Below, piece after piece: positions 35,658 through 45,692 of a stretch of DNA of 64,000 nt (position 1 is the stretch's first letter; each line of letters begins with the position of its first letter). A program made the translations under genes and the position numbers. Source of the DNA: Candidatus Nomurabacteria bacterium GW2011_GWC2_42_20 (GTDB taxonomy: Bacteria > Patescibacteriota > Minisyncoccia > Phycocordibacterales > UBA1550); assembly GCA_000998425.1 (NCBI GenBank), contig LCDG01000002.1, positions 35,178 to 99,177 of the forward strand, in the 5' to 3' direction. The notes below the pieces were generated by a model that did no database searches, was not told the origin of the DNA, and was given only the letters and a program-made list of their open reading frames with translations.

Positions 35658-38615
35658 ATGAAACACCTAGTTGAAAAACAAATTGACAATGAAGCGACAG
35701 GCGGTTTTAGTGGGACTCGCTCCACAGATACGCCTAACAAGGAGATTCGATTAGGAAGAACTAGTGAGGACTCTCCAGGGGTTGGCGCTTTTACAGCAGA
35801 AATGATCGACTCCGAGCGTGCCTTTGCAAAGAGAGAGGGCACAGAGAAATGGGATAGCTCGAAATTTGAGGACAGGGATGAAGCTGAAATAAAAAGGAGG
35901 ATTTATAACCTTAAAGAAAGGCGCCCACTACCTCAAAAGGAAAAGGAGGAGCTTGAGGAGCTCTATTTTGAGCTTGGGAAAATAAAAGAATCAAGGGGAA
36001 AAAGGAGAGCCAAGCCAGAATTAAGCACAGAACAACGTGATTTGCTCCGTGAAACGATTGGGCAGGTAAATGCGACCAGAGAAGAACATGCCTCATTAAG
36101 AAGCAGTGGCGATATTATGTCGTTAAATGACAAATTAGCTAACAATATTGATAAATTAAAAAATATAACCAGCGAACTTGGTGGTGTGGATGGTAGTGAA
36201 ATGCGTGACGCCAAAAAACTGCTTGACTCTTTACGCGTAGAAAAAAGAAACCTAGAAGACTTAGCTACTGGGTACAAACCATCAGGGAGCCTTACGCGTG
36301 AACAATTTCTTGTGCAGAAGCTTGTTGAAGCAACACAAAGCCGCGGAGATGCTCACAGTAATGAGATCAAAAAAGTTGCACCGAGTATTTTTGAATTAGA
36401 CATTGCAAACAAAACAATGCAGAAAGACATGGACAGACTTTCTGTTCAAGACAAAGCGGGATCTGCTATACTAAATGAAACACCTTTTGAAGAAAAAAAT
36501 ATGAAACAAGAACTACCACCACTTGAATTCACACATACCGACGAGCAGCCGAAGGAAAAAGAGTCTTTCAGCCCTATTGAATTGCGCGAGAAAGAAATCA
36601 TTGAGAGGCAAAAAGAAATCGCAAATAAAACTGATATCGCTTCCATCGAAGAAAAAGTTGAGCTTGAGAAGGAACTCTCTTCTATAGCAAAAAGACTCGA
36701 GGAAAATGCATCTGAGGCGATAATAAGCCATGGGAAGCAAGGCTCCGATGTAGCAAAGATTATTCTCGAGGAAAGGGTGCGCATTATTGAGGGTGGAGAA
36801 GAGCCAGTTGCTAAATTCATTAACGCAGACGAAGGTACAGCAGAACCAGTTGGCATGCCTACAAACTCAAGTGAGGCAATCACAAAGATGGAGAGCAAAG
36901 CGATAAGTATAATAGACAAGCTGGATAAAAAAGTAGAGGCGCGCGCAGAAAAGATTGGTGCACTTGATAAAGTGCGCGCAGTTGGCAAAAAATGGAATAG
37001 TCTCCCAAGGCACTACAAGCTTCTATTTACTGCAGGGCTTGTTCTTTCTGGCACAGGAGCGGCAATAGTTGGGTCTGCTGTAGCAGGCGGGGCAGTCGCC
37101 ACACTTGCAGCTGGTTCGCGAGCTCTAGCTGGGGCGGGGCTCTTTGCGTCATTTGAAGAGCTTATGCGCAGGTCACACGAGCGCAAAATAGGTGAACCAA
37201 TCACAGAAGCGACTGCTGCAAGGCAGGCAGTTCTTGCAGGGACTCTCGCTATACTTATGGTAAGCATGCTCCCAGCCGCAATGCACAACGTACTGGAAGG
37301 AACCGGCGCGACAGAAGTGCTTGCTTCAGCAAAAATAACTGGTGCAACTGAACCAACTGGAGAAAAACATTTGTCACCAATCTTGCCTGACGAGCTACTA
37401 AATAATGCGTTAAGTTCAGAAAATAAAGGCCTCTCTGAAATTGCACAAGCTATGCAAACTGGAGATGTTGAAGCGGTTCGATTGACCGAGGAAACCCTTG
37501 GTATCACACACGAGGAAGCCCTGAGGCTCATAGATGAGCGTAAAATAGTGACACAGCTAGAGACGCCAGCTTCAGCAAACCTCTCTGACCAGGCTAGCTA
37601 TATCGAGACAGCAAAAGCTGGTGACTCTGTTTGGAAAATGTCTAGTGAGCAACTCAAGGCACACTACGGAGAAAAATTTACAGGGCTGCCAGAGGACCAG
37701 CAAACTCGTATAATTGATGCCATAAAGGATAGGATTGTGAAGCACCCAGAATTGATCGGGTTAGAGGACGCTGACAAACTTGCAGTAGGTCAAAGTGTGG
37801 ACTTTGGAGGCATACTTAATGACATGGAATTCATGGATGCGCAATTTTCTGATGTTGAGCAAGTTGCTACGCAGGAAGATCTTCATGACACAACGACAAG
37901 TGCAACAATCGAGCAACCAAAGCAGGGCGAGTGGCTGAATCAATTTAACGCGCGACTCGCTGAAAGAATGACAGCTGACGAGGCTCAGGCCTTCGGCAAT
38001 GAGATAGGAAAAGCCTTGGCGGTAAATGATATGGAAAAGGTTTTTGAAATTGAAGGCAAGATGGGAATAACACACGACGAATTCCTTCGCCTCGTTGAAG
38101 AGACCAAAAAAATAGAGGGTGCGCCCAAGGTAAATATCCCAGAGGCACCGATACAAGATGTTCTTATTTCAGAAGCAGAAACAGTTACCGCAGAGGTAGG
38201 CAAGTTACTACAGGAGCCAAACACAGAACCTCAAGTAAGCACCCCTAAGGATCCGCAAGTACTAGCCTTTGCGGACAAACAGGTACACGAGCATGTCAAC
38301 AGTATGTTTGGAACAAGAGGGTTCCTTGGGTTTGGGTCAGAAACGGGGATTGACTCAGCACATTGGAAGCATCCGCAAGTTGGTTTTAGTACAAAAACTG
38401 TTGGAGAAATAATGACTGCGGAACCAAAAGTATTATATGAAGACGGTTCGAAGCATTTTGGTATAGAGGATTCATCTGCTACTGAAAAAATGAGAGACTA
38501 TCTCAAGGCGCTGTTCAAAGAAACAGGGCTTCAGCCAAAACAAGGAATTACTGTTGAAAACTATATTAAAGACGCAGAGGCAATAAAAATTGGCAAACTA
38601 ATGAATAAAGCATAA
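35658..38615 (+). CDS. large (985 aa) acidic coiled-coil protein with central hydrophobic segments and internal repeats
   Basis: Gly/Ala-rich hydrophobic stretch at aa ~450-540. Repeated ...GITHEEALRLIDERK / ...GITHDEFLRLVEETKK modules. Confidence 0.55.
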   Translation: MKHLVEKQIDNEATGGFSGTRSTDTPNKEIRLGRTSEDSPGVGAFTAEMIDSERAFAKREGTEKWDSSKFEDRDEAEIKRRIYNLKERRPLPQKEKEELEELYFELGKIKESRGKRRAKPELSTEQRDLLRETIGQVNATREEHASLRSSGDIMSLNDKLANNIDKLKNITSELGGVDGSEMRDAKKLLDSLRVEKRNLEDLATGYKPSGSLTREQFLVQKLVEATQSRGDAHSNEIKKVAPSIFELDIANKTMQKDMDRLSVQDKAGSAILNETPFEEKNMKQELPPLEFTHTDEQPKEKESFSPIELREKEIIERQKEIANKTDIASIEEKVELEKELSSIAKRLEENASEAIISHGKQGSDVAKIILEERVRIIEGGEEPVAKFINADEGTAEPVGMPTNSSEAITKMESKAISIIDKLDKKVEARAEKIGALDKVRAVGKKWNSLPRHYKLLFTAGLVLSGTGAAIVGSAVAGGAVATLAAGSRALAGAGLFASFEELMRRSHERKIGEPITEATAARQAVLAGTLAILMVSMLPAAMHNVLEGTGATEVLASAKITGATEPTGEKHLSPILPDELLNNALSSENKGLSEIAQAMQTGDVEAVRLTEETLGITHEEALRLIDERKIVTQLETPASANLSDQASYIETAKAGDSVWKMSSEQLKAHYGEKFTGLPEDQQTRIIDAIKDRIVKHPELIGLEDADKLAVGQSVDFGGILNDMEFMDAQFSDVEQVATQEDLHDTTTSATIEQPKQGEWLNQFNARLAERMTADEAQAFGNEIGKALAVNDMEKVFEIEGKMGITHDEFLRLVEETKKIEGAPKVNIPEAPIQDVLISEAETVTAEVGKLLQEPNTEPQVSTPKDPQVLAFADKQVHEHVNSMFGTRGFLGFGSETGIDSAHWKHPQVGFSTKTVGEIMTAEPKVLYEDGSKHFGIEDSSATEKMRDYLKALFKETGLQPKQGITVENYIKDAEAIKIGKLMNKA

Positions 38616-38624
38616 GATACAACC

Positions 38625-38930
38625 ATGAATAACCCAGAACTTCGAGAAGCATTAATAAAAGAACTTGGTATTGGCGAACTCCCAACTGAAACGCAGGATG
38701 AAATTGTGGATAAGCTTGGCGAGGTTATTTTTAAATCTCTTACGGTTTCAATATTTGAAAAACTTTCAGATGCTGCGCGTGTTGAATTTGAAAAGATTAG
38801 CGCAACAGGCGACAATTCCTTGATACAAAAATTCCTAGAGGAAAATATCCCTGACATGCAAGCGCTGATGGAGGAGGAAATAAAAAAGACAATGCGAGAC
38901 CTCGCGGAGATAAAAGAAGAAAGTAAGTAG
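38625..38930 (+). CDS. hypothetical acidic protein
   Basis: 101 aa. Long hairpin terminator at 38938..38990. Confidence 0.4.
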   Translation: MNNPELREALIKELGIGELPTETQDEIVDKLGEVIFKSLTVSIFEKLSDAARVEFEKISATGDNSLIQKFLEENIPDMQALMEEEIKKTMRDLAEIKEESK

Positions 38931-39004
38931 CACAAAAAAAATGTAAAACAGCGCGCATGGATAATCCCTGCGCGCTGTTTTACATTTTGTGCTAAAGTGT
39001 CTCG

Positions 39005-40948
39005 ATGGAACATCTCAGTCACCTAAACAGCAAACAAAAAGAAGCGGCTACTCATAAAAATGGCCCTATTCTTATAATCGCCGGGGCTGGAACAGGCAAA
39101 ACCAGCACCCTTACACACCGTATCCTAAATCTCGTAAAGGAGGGTGTCGCACCAAATGAAGTTCTCGCAATCACATTCACAAACAAAGCAGCAAAAGAAA
39201 TGCAGGATCGCGTGAACGACCTCCTCGCAAAGCACGGTTTCGATGCAGGGATGCGCTACGGAGACGCGCGCCCATTCATTGGTACTTTTCACTCGCTCGG
39301 CGTTCATATTCTCCGCGCGCATGCGCACGTTTTTGGTCTCACAAAGCACTTCACAATTGTAGACAAAAATAGCGCTAGCTCCCTTATAAAAGAAGCAGTA
39401 AAAGAGCAGGGAATAGACTCGAAACAATTTTCTCCAGACCGGATTGCGGGAGTTATTTCCCGCCAAAAAGGCGCGCTCGTAACACTTTCGCAATATAAAA
39501 ACGATGTTGGAAATGCATACTTCCCAATGATCGTTTCTGCCGTGTGGGAAAGATACGAAAGACTTCTTGCTCGCGAAAAGGCGCTTGATTTTGATGACCT
39601 TATATTAAAAACTGTTATACTCCTGCGTGACAATCCTGATATTCGCAAGGAATACCAGAACAGGTGGAAGTATATACATATTGATGAATACCAGGACACA
39701 AATGCTGTGCAGTATGAAATGGCACGCCTACTTGCTGGAGAAGCAATGAACATTTGCGCAGTAGGTGACGGTGACCAAAATATTTACAGCTGGCGCGGGG
39801 CAAATCTGCAAAATATTTTAAACTTTGAAAAAGATTATGCCGGCGCGCAAACTGTACTCCTCGAGGAAAACTACCGCTCAACGCAAACAATTCTCGCTGC
39901 CGCAAACGATGTCATTAAAAAAAATACTGTCCGAAAAGAAAAGAATTTGTTTACAAAAAATATCGAAGGCGACAAAATCTCCCTCATAGAAAGCTACGAC
40001 GAAGGTGGGGAGGCTCGCGCTGTTGGTGAAAAAATAAAAAATCTCATATGTAGTGGCACGGACCCAGAGGATATTGCAGTGCTCTATCGAGCAAACTTCC
40101 AGTCACGTGCACTAGAGGAGGCATTTCTCTTGATGGAGATACCATATCAAGTTCTCGGTGTGCGTTTTTTTGAACGCAAGGAAGTTAAGGATATTTTGTC
40201 ATACATACGTGCTGGATTAAACCCTGAAAGTCTATCGGACATTAAACGCATTATTGATTCTCCCCCACGAGGTATCGGCAAAGCAACACTTATGAAAATG
40301 TTTGCGAAGGATGAGGATAGCTTGCCGCCTGCTGGGAAAAAGCGCGTCGCGGAGTTTTGGGCTCTTCTTGGATCAGTAAAGGAATACGCACTCACAGAAA
40401 AAACATCAAATCTTATTAAATTTGTTTCAGAGAAGTCAGGACTGGAAACATCTCTAAAGACAGGTAGTGACGATGACAACGATCGTCTTGAAAACATTCA
40501 CGAGCTTGTAACACTCGCAACCAAGTATGACATTTTACCACCAGAGGAAGCGGTTGAAAAACTTTTGGGCGATGCGGCTCTCGCTAGCGACCAAGACTCG
40601 ATGATGAAAAGCTCTAGTGCTGTTAAACTCATGACAGTGCATGCGGCGAAAGGCCTCGAGTTCCCCTATGTATTCGTTACTGGCCTTGAGCAAGACCTGT
40701 TTCCTCATAAACGAATGGGGCCAGGCACGGTATCAAAGGAAGATGGCGAGGAGGAGCGTCGTCTTTTCTACGTTGCAATCACGCGCGCAAAGAAAAAACT
40801 TTATCTTTCATGCGCATCAGTGCGCACCATTTTTGGACAGCGACAAGTAAATGCTCCATCAGAATTCCTTTCTGATATTGATAACGCATACATCGAACGC
40901 GAGGTGGGGGATAGTGACAACGAACCGATAATAAACATACGGTGGTAA
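39005..40948 (+). CDS. ATP-dependent DNA helicase UvrD/PcrA/Rep family
   Basis: Walker A AGAGTGKT, helicase motifs DEYQDTN, VGDGDQNIYSWRGA, YRS. Confidence 0.9.
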   Translation: MEHLSHLNSKQKEAATHKNGPILIIAGAGTGKTSTLTHRILNLVKEGVAPNEVLAITFTNKAAKEMQDRVNDLLAKHGFDAGMRYGDARPFIGTFHSLGVHILRAHAHVFGLTKHFTIVDKNSASSLIKEAVKEQGIDSKQFSPDRIAGVISRQKGALVTLSQYKNDVGNAYFPMIVSAVWERYERLLAREKALDFDDLILKTVILLRDNPDIRKEYQNRWKYIHIDEYQDTNAVQYEMARLLAGEAMNICAVGDGDQNIYSWRGANLQNILNFEKDYAGAQTVLLEENYRSTQTILAAANDVIKKNTVRKEKNLFTKNIEGDKISLIESYDEGGEARAVGEKIKNLICSGTDPEDIAVLYRANFQSRALEEAFLLMEIPYQVLGVRFFERKEVKDILSYIRAGLNPESLSDIKRIIDSPPRGIGKATLMKMFAKDEDSLPPAGKKRVAEFWALLGSVKEYALTEKTSNLIKFVSEKSGLETSLKTGSDDDNDRLENIHELVTLATKYDILPPEEAVEKLLGDAALASDQDSMMKSSSAVKLMTVHAAKGLEFPYVFVTGLEQDLFPHKRMGPGTVSKEDGEEERRLFYVAITRAKKKLYLSCASVRTIFGQRQVNAPSEFLSDIDNAYIEREVGDSDNEPIINIRW

Positions 40949-40984
40949 AGTAGGGTTCGAGATAAAATACGTTATACTTCTATA

Positions 40985-41782
40985 ATGGTTCACGCAAAGA
41001 AATCCCTAGGGCAGAATTTTTTGAATTCCAAAACTGTCGCGAAAGAAATTGTGCGAGCGGGTGAGCTTTCGTCTGTTGACACAGTACTCGAGATTGGGCC
41101 AGGGAAAGGATTTTTAACCTCAGAGCTCCTTGCATCAGGAGCGCATGTTATAGCGGTTGAAAAAGACGATCGCATGATTCCACTTCTGTCGGAAAAATTT
41201 GCAGATGAAATCAAAAATGGAAAGCTCACACTCCTCCATGGAGATATTCTTGAAAAAATTGAGGATGGCAAAATCGCACTGCCTCTGCGTTATAAACTTG
41301 TCGCAAACATCCCATACTATCTCACTGGGCAAATTATTCGTATGTTTCTTGAGGCGGAATTAAAGCCGGAGAGAATGATCCTCATGGTGCAAAAAGAGGT
41401 TGCGACTCGTATTGTCGCGCGAGATAAAAAAGAAAGCATCTTGTCGATTGCGGTAAAAGTGTACGGATCTCCTCACATCATAAAAAAGGTTCCTGCGCGC
41501 TATTTTACCCCGGCTCCAAAAGTAGATTCGGCGATTCTATCTATTGAAAATATTTCTGCAAAAAGTTTCCAGGGCCCAGTAAGCGAGAAATTATTCTTTG
41601 ATGTTGTTCGTGCTGGTTTTGCTCACAAGCGTAAAGTTCTTGCCGGAAACCTAAAGGACCTTTTTGGAGAAAAAATAATTTCAATTCTTGAAGAAGTATG
41701 TGTGCCTACAAATGCGCGCGCGGAAGATCTATCATTAAAAAACTGGCTCGATATCACATCGATGTACCAGCCTCAGAAATAG
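40985..41782 (+). CDS. rsmA: 16S rRNA (adenine1518/1519-N6)-dimethyltransferase RsmA/KsgA
   Basis: KKSLGQNFL start, LEIGPGKG SAM motif, NIPY motif. Confidence 0.9.
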   Translation: MVHAKKSLGQNFLNSKTVAKEIVRAGELSSVDTVLEIGPGKGFLTSELLASGAHVIAVEKDDRMIPLLSEKFADEIKNGKLTLLHGDILEKIEDGKIALPLRYKLVANIPYYLTGQIIRMFLEAELKPERMILMVQKEVATRIVARDKKESILSIAVKVYGSPHIIKKVPARYFTPAPKVDSAILSIENISAKSFQGPVSEKLFFDVVRAGFAHKRKVLAGNLKDLFGEKIISILEEVCVPTNARAEDLSLKNWLDITSMYQPQK

Positions 41783-42149
41783 TCCCAATAGGAGGAGCTG
41801 TTGTGAAATCTGGCAAACAACAAGGGGACCACCCGCAAGAGTACCACGACAAGCAGGACCCCCCTGGTGTGTACGAACCTAGAACCCATGGTCCTGGCCT
41901 AAAAAGTTGGTAGAAAGAATAAACCATCCCAGAGCCGTCATATGTAAAGACCCCTCCATTTGGAGCCCCCACAGTAATCGCAAGGTTGGCACTGCATGTG
42001 CAATATGTGACGTTTAAAATTTGCCCTCCGAATGGGATAATTGCCTTACCTGATTTTACCCTCATCACAAAAGAAGTGGCTATTAAAAAAAGCACGACAA
42101 TGAGGCTTGTCACAATATAGTGTTTTTTTGCGAGTAGAAAAAGTTTCAT
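41754..42149 (-). CDS. small secreted Cys-rich protein, hypothetical (distal gene of the minus-strand VirB2-like operon)
   Basis: N-terminal TM/signal segment, 8 Cys. Confidence 0.4.
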   Translation of the reverse strand: MKLFLLAKKHYIVTSLIVVLFLIATSFVMRVKSGKAIIPFGGQILNVTYCTCSANLAITVGAPNGGVFTYDGSGMVYSFYQLFRPGPWVLGSYTPGGSCLSWYSCGWSPCCLPDFTTAPPIGTISEAGTSM

Positions 42150-42199
42150 ATGCTTTATTGTTCCACACTAGTGTACGATCTGCAAACTACGAGCTGTAC

Positions 42200-43162
42200 T
42201 TATAATTCCAAATCAAAACTTTTCCCATTACTGACTCCATTTTCATTAACAATATGAACCCAAACTGGTAACGAAGCTTTTTTTGAATTTGCAGGTGTTG
42301 TTGTTGAAACAAGAAAACTTGACTGAGCTTTAAATAATAAAGTAGCGCCATCCACCGATGGTATATTTTCAAAAACACTTGTTCCTGTGCGTATCATATT
42401 TCCTTTTAGTGAAAAGCCGGACCCCTTGATAGTTATCGTTTCATTATTATTTGCTCTTGATGGACCCACGTTTTCTATTGTCGGTTCAGGTGTTACACCG
42501 TCAGTCACCACAAAGAAAGCATCCTTATTACTTTCTCCGCGCGCGTTTTTTACAAACAGTGAGTAGTTGCCTTTTGGTATTGCAGGAATCTTAAAACTAA
42601 TTGACTGTCCATTCCATGATTTTGCTTTTTCAACAGCATGTCCTTCGCCAAAATAAATCGTATTATCAGTTGAGGTAAAACCAGCGCCAGAAATCGTTAT
42701 AGTTGTCCCTGCCTTGCCCGAGTATTGGGATGGAAACATAACTACCACCTGACCCTTTGGTACAGCGGTGGAGCTTGATGCTGCGAAAGAAACAGAGGTG
42801 GCTGTATTTTTTAATGCAATTACTTTTGCGCGAGTACCTGAACCAAAAAACCCTGTTCCCACTGACAACCCTGCCGGCGTTAGCACCTCCGCACGGTATT
42901 TTTCTTGAAATTTTATAACTGCGCGCCTTGTCGCAGGACCAAAATAATCTGTCTCCTTTCCTATAGACCCTACACCAGATGTCGCAACAGTTGTGTCACT
43001 GTCTATATTGAGAAATTTTTGAAGCGCCCGCACATCTTCGCCTCGCGAACCAAGCGATAGCGTTCGTGTAAAATCTACAGTCGCAGAAAAAAGAAAGTTT
43101 GGTAATAACAGCAACCCAACGCAAAAAAATATTTTTATCTTCATCAGGAGCAATTGTACCAC
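42200..43162 (-). CDS. secreted protein with peptidoglycan-binding (PG_binding_1-like) domain and Ig/TIG-like repeats
   Basis: Signal peptide. SRGEDVRALQKFLN...YFGPATRRAVIKFQEKY. Confidence 0.55.
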   Translation of the reverse strand: MVQLLLMKIKIFFCVGLLLLPNFLFSATVDFTRTLSLGSRGEDVRALQKFLNIDSDTTVATSGVGSIGKETDYFGPATRRAVIKFQEKYRAEVLTPAGLSVGTGFFGSGTRAKVIALKNTATSVSFAASSSTAVPKGQVVVMFPSQYSGKAGTTITISGAGFTSTDNTIYFGEGHAVEKAKSWNGQSISFKIPAIPKGNYSLFVKNARGESNKDAFFVVTDGVTPEPTIENVGPSRANNNETITIKGSGFSLKGNMIRTGTSVFENIPSVDGATLLFKAQSSFLVSTTTPANSKKASLPVWVHIVNENGVSNGKSFDLEL

Positions 43163-43173
43163 GCAAATAATAA

Positions 43174-44784
43174 CTACTGTAAATTAACAATTCCATCCCC
43201 ATTAAAATCAAGTTGGGTCGCCAAATCATTAAATACTGCAAGGTCTGCAGCGCTCACAACCCCATCCCCATTGAAGTCTGAACCTCCGCAATTTTCAAAA
43301 GCTTTGTGACCGATGCAATAGTTTATAATCTGCTTGTCAGAATACCCAGTCGTGTCAAAAAATCTAGACTCAAACCAATCTAGCTTCCAACCAAAAGCAA
43401 GCCCTGGCCCACTAAAAAGGTCGTTCGCAAAAGCAAGATCACGATTGTCGATCGTACCATCCTCATTAAAATCTGCCTGCGCGCAGATCCCTGAGATTGG
43501 TGACGCTTTACACGAATTAAACACTGCCATATCTGCGCCTGCTGACCCAAAATCAGCTAGCCCGTCATCGTTTAGGTCATATTGCGCAATTGTTGCGTAT
43601 GTTATCTTGCCAAGAATGTTCTCAAAATACGGCTGCACCGGCGGCCCATCGTCGTATGCCTGCTGTCTGTTAAAAAATGTTTTTGAGAGCAGTGTGCGCA
43701 AGTCAACAACACTGCCATTTGATGCGCTCGTTACCCATGTTTTGAAATTACTATATTGTCCATCACTCCCTGCCTCACCAGGAGACACGCCATCTGCTCC
43801 CCAAACAAAACCAAAGGCCATATTTAAATAGCCATTATCTGCAGCACACACACTTCCAAGCACAGTTGACCTCAACCATGTTGCACCATTACATGCAACG
43901 GTTGGCATTAGCACTCTCCCTGCTGGCCCACCACACGGTGTCGTCTGAGCTGGGATGTCCTCCTGCTGTGTCTGTTGCGGATGAGGGAGCAAGCTACGGA
44001 CGTTTGCTGTTGATATTTTAAAGAAACAAGACTTTGCAGATTGTGGGGTGTCGTTTACAAGCTCTAATGTTGTGTTTTGGTTTACATTAAAAGTGTATCC
44101 TTTTGTCCTAAAAAGTCCTACGTCAGCGGTGTCTGTTTTCCCGTCACCATTTAAGTCGGTCTGCGCGCATAAATCGTATGTCGTGCTCATTATGCAGTGA
44201 GAAATAATCGAGTAGTCATTATTGCGATCAATCAACGCATTTATTTGATCCTGCGCTTGAGTGTTTGCTGCCACAATAGCAGCGTTGTTATCAATTGGCG
44301 CCGCTACACCGTAAACATCTGGCTGAACGAGTGGTGTTGTCGGTAGAGAAAGAGGAATATGTACACCACCACCTGCTGTAGTAGGCGCCGGCGACGTCCC
44401 TATTGGGGGTAAGCTAAAATTAAACTGCACCAGGCCTGGGTTGATAGAGTTTAAAATGAGATATGACGTCAAAACGAGAGTAAGCCCAATTAGGGCGTTC
44501 AAAATACGCTCCTTTGCGTCTTGTTTTGCGCTGGGAGCTATCCCTGCAACGACATATTGAGTACCTCCAATAATTGCGACAAGTATCGAGACTCCCGCAC
44601 CGAGAGCGATGAGAAGCTTGAGCATCCCACCTAGGTATGTGGAGAGGTTGGTTGTTTCTGAGCCAGTAGCTCCAGTAAATGTACCTGGGAGAGGTGCTAG
44701 TGGGGTGTAGTCTTGGGCGTGGGTAAACGAGGCAAACACAAAAAACGTTGCCATAAGAGAGATAAATATAACAATCTTTTTCAT
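43174..44784 (-). CDS. VirB2/TrbC-like pilin module fused to a large extracellular domain with dockerin-like Ca-binding repeats
   Basis: Signal peptide, then two hydrophobic helices separated by SAKQDAKER (GGMLKLLIALGAGVSILVAIIGGTQYVVAG...ILNALIGLTLVLTSYLIL). C-terminal D(L/F)N(G/D/E)DG...D repeats, four copies. Confidence 0.5.
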   Translation of the reverse strand: MKKIVIFISLMATFFVFASFTHAQDYTPLAPLPGTFTGATGSETTNLSTYLGGMLKLLIALGAGVSILVAIIGGTQYVVAGIAPSAKQDAKERILNALIGLTLVLTSYLILNSINPGLVQFNFSLPPIGTSPAPTTAGGGVHIPLSLPTTPLVQPDVYGVAAPIDNNAAIVAANTQAQDQINALIDRNNDYSIISHCIMSTTYDLCAQTDLNGDGKTDTADVGLFRTKGYTFNVNQNTTLELVNDTPQSAKSCFFKISTANVRSLLPHPQQTQQEDIPAQTTPCGGPAGRVLMPTVACNGATWLRSTVLGSVCAADNGYLNMAFGFVWGADGVSPGEAGSDGQYSNFKTWVTSASNGSVVDLRTLLSKTFFNRQQAYDDGPPVQPYFENILGKITYATIAQYDLNDDGLADFGSAGADMAVFNSCKASPISGICAQADFNEDGTIDNRDLAFANDLFSGPGLAFGWKLDWFESRFFDTTGYSDKQIINYCIGHKAFENCGGSDFNGDGVVSAADLAVFNDLATQLDFNGDGIVNLQ

Positions 44785-44880
44785 TCACTTTATAATACCA
44801 CAAACATATCCACAGGAGATGGAGTTTACTCTATATCTTATTAGTAGTCTCTGCTATAATATAATGGCGGAGAAATATAT

Positions 44881-45666
44881 ATGGACCAGCAATTTAAAAA
44901 AATATTTTCTGTCGCACTTGCGGTTATTGTTGGGGTTGGAATTATTTTCTTTGCGTTGAGGGGTATTGGTTTGCGCGACAATAAAGTTTCTTTCGAACCG
45001 ACGATAATAGATGGCAGTTGGAAGGACTCCTTGCTCACCATCCCATCATCAAAAGCACTGGATGTATTACAAAATAACCAGATTATTGAGGCCACAACAA
45101 CAGCTGACATTATTGCGCGCGAGCTAGTTGCAAACTATGCGCTTGTACAGCAAAGCAGGGCAACAACAACGCTGAGTGATACCGACGCGCAATCTATTGC
45201 TCAGATGCTAGTTGATAAAATAGACATACCAAAGGGTACTATTTATTCAGCAAATGATACCAGAACTTCGAACGACAATAGTAGCGCCGCAATCACAAAT
45301 TACATAAATAATGTTAGTGAAATAATGCAGAATTTTTCATTATCGCACAAAACGAATGAAGTAGTTATTTTCAAAGAGTCACTCGCATTAAAAGACGAAA
45401 CAAAACTTCAGGGTCTCGCGTCAATCGCTATAGAGTACAAAAACTTGCAAAAAAATCTTCTAGCAGTTTCAACCCCCTCCACAATGGCTTCTCTTCATCT
45501 CCGCCTTGTGCAGAGTTATTCAAACATAGAATCAGCAGTTACATCAATGCAAAAAATATTGACCGACCCAATACTTGGACTTGCCGCCTATACTCAATAC
45601 AAAAAAGAAAACGATGTACTTAGCGCGCTTGATACAGAATATCAAAGTTATGGCTCCCTGCGGTAG
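44881..45666 (+). CDS. membrane-anchored protein, hypothetical (T4SS-like cluster)
   Basis: N-terminal TM helix IFSVALAVIVGVGIIFFAL. Confidence 0.45.
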   Translation: MDQQFKKIFSVALAVIVGVGIIFFALRGIGLRDNKVSFEPTIIDGSWKDSLLTIPSSKALDVLQNNQIIEATTTADIIARELVANYALVQQSRATTTLSDTDAQSIAQMLVDKIDIPKGTIYSANDTRTSNDNSSAAITNYINNVSEIMQNFSLSHKTNEVVIFKESLALKDETKLQGLASIAIEYKNLQKNLLAVSTPSTMASLHLRLVQSYSNIESAVTSMQKILTDPILGLAAYTQYKKENDVLSALDTEYQSYGSLR

Positions 45667-45692
45667 CTTAAAATTCTAACAATAATTTTATT

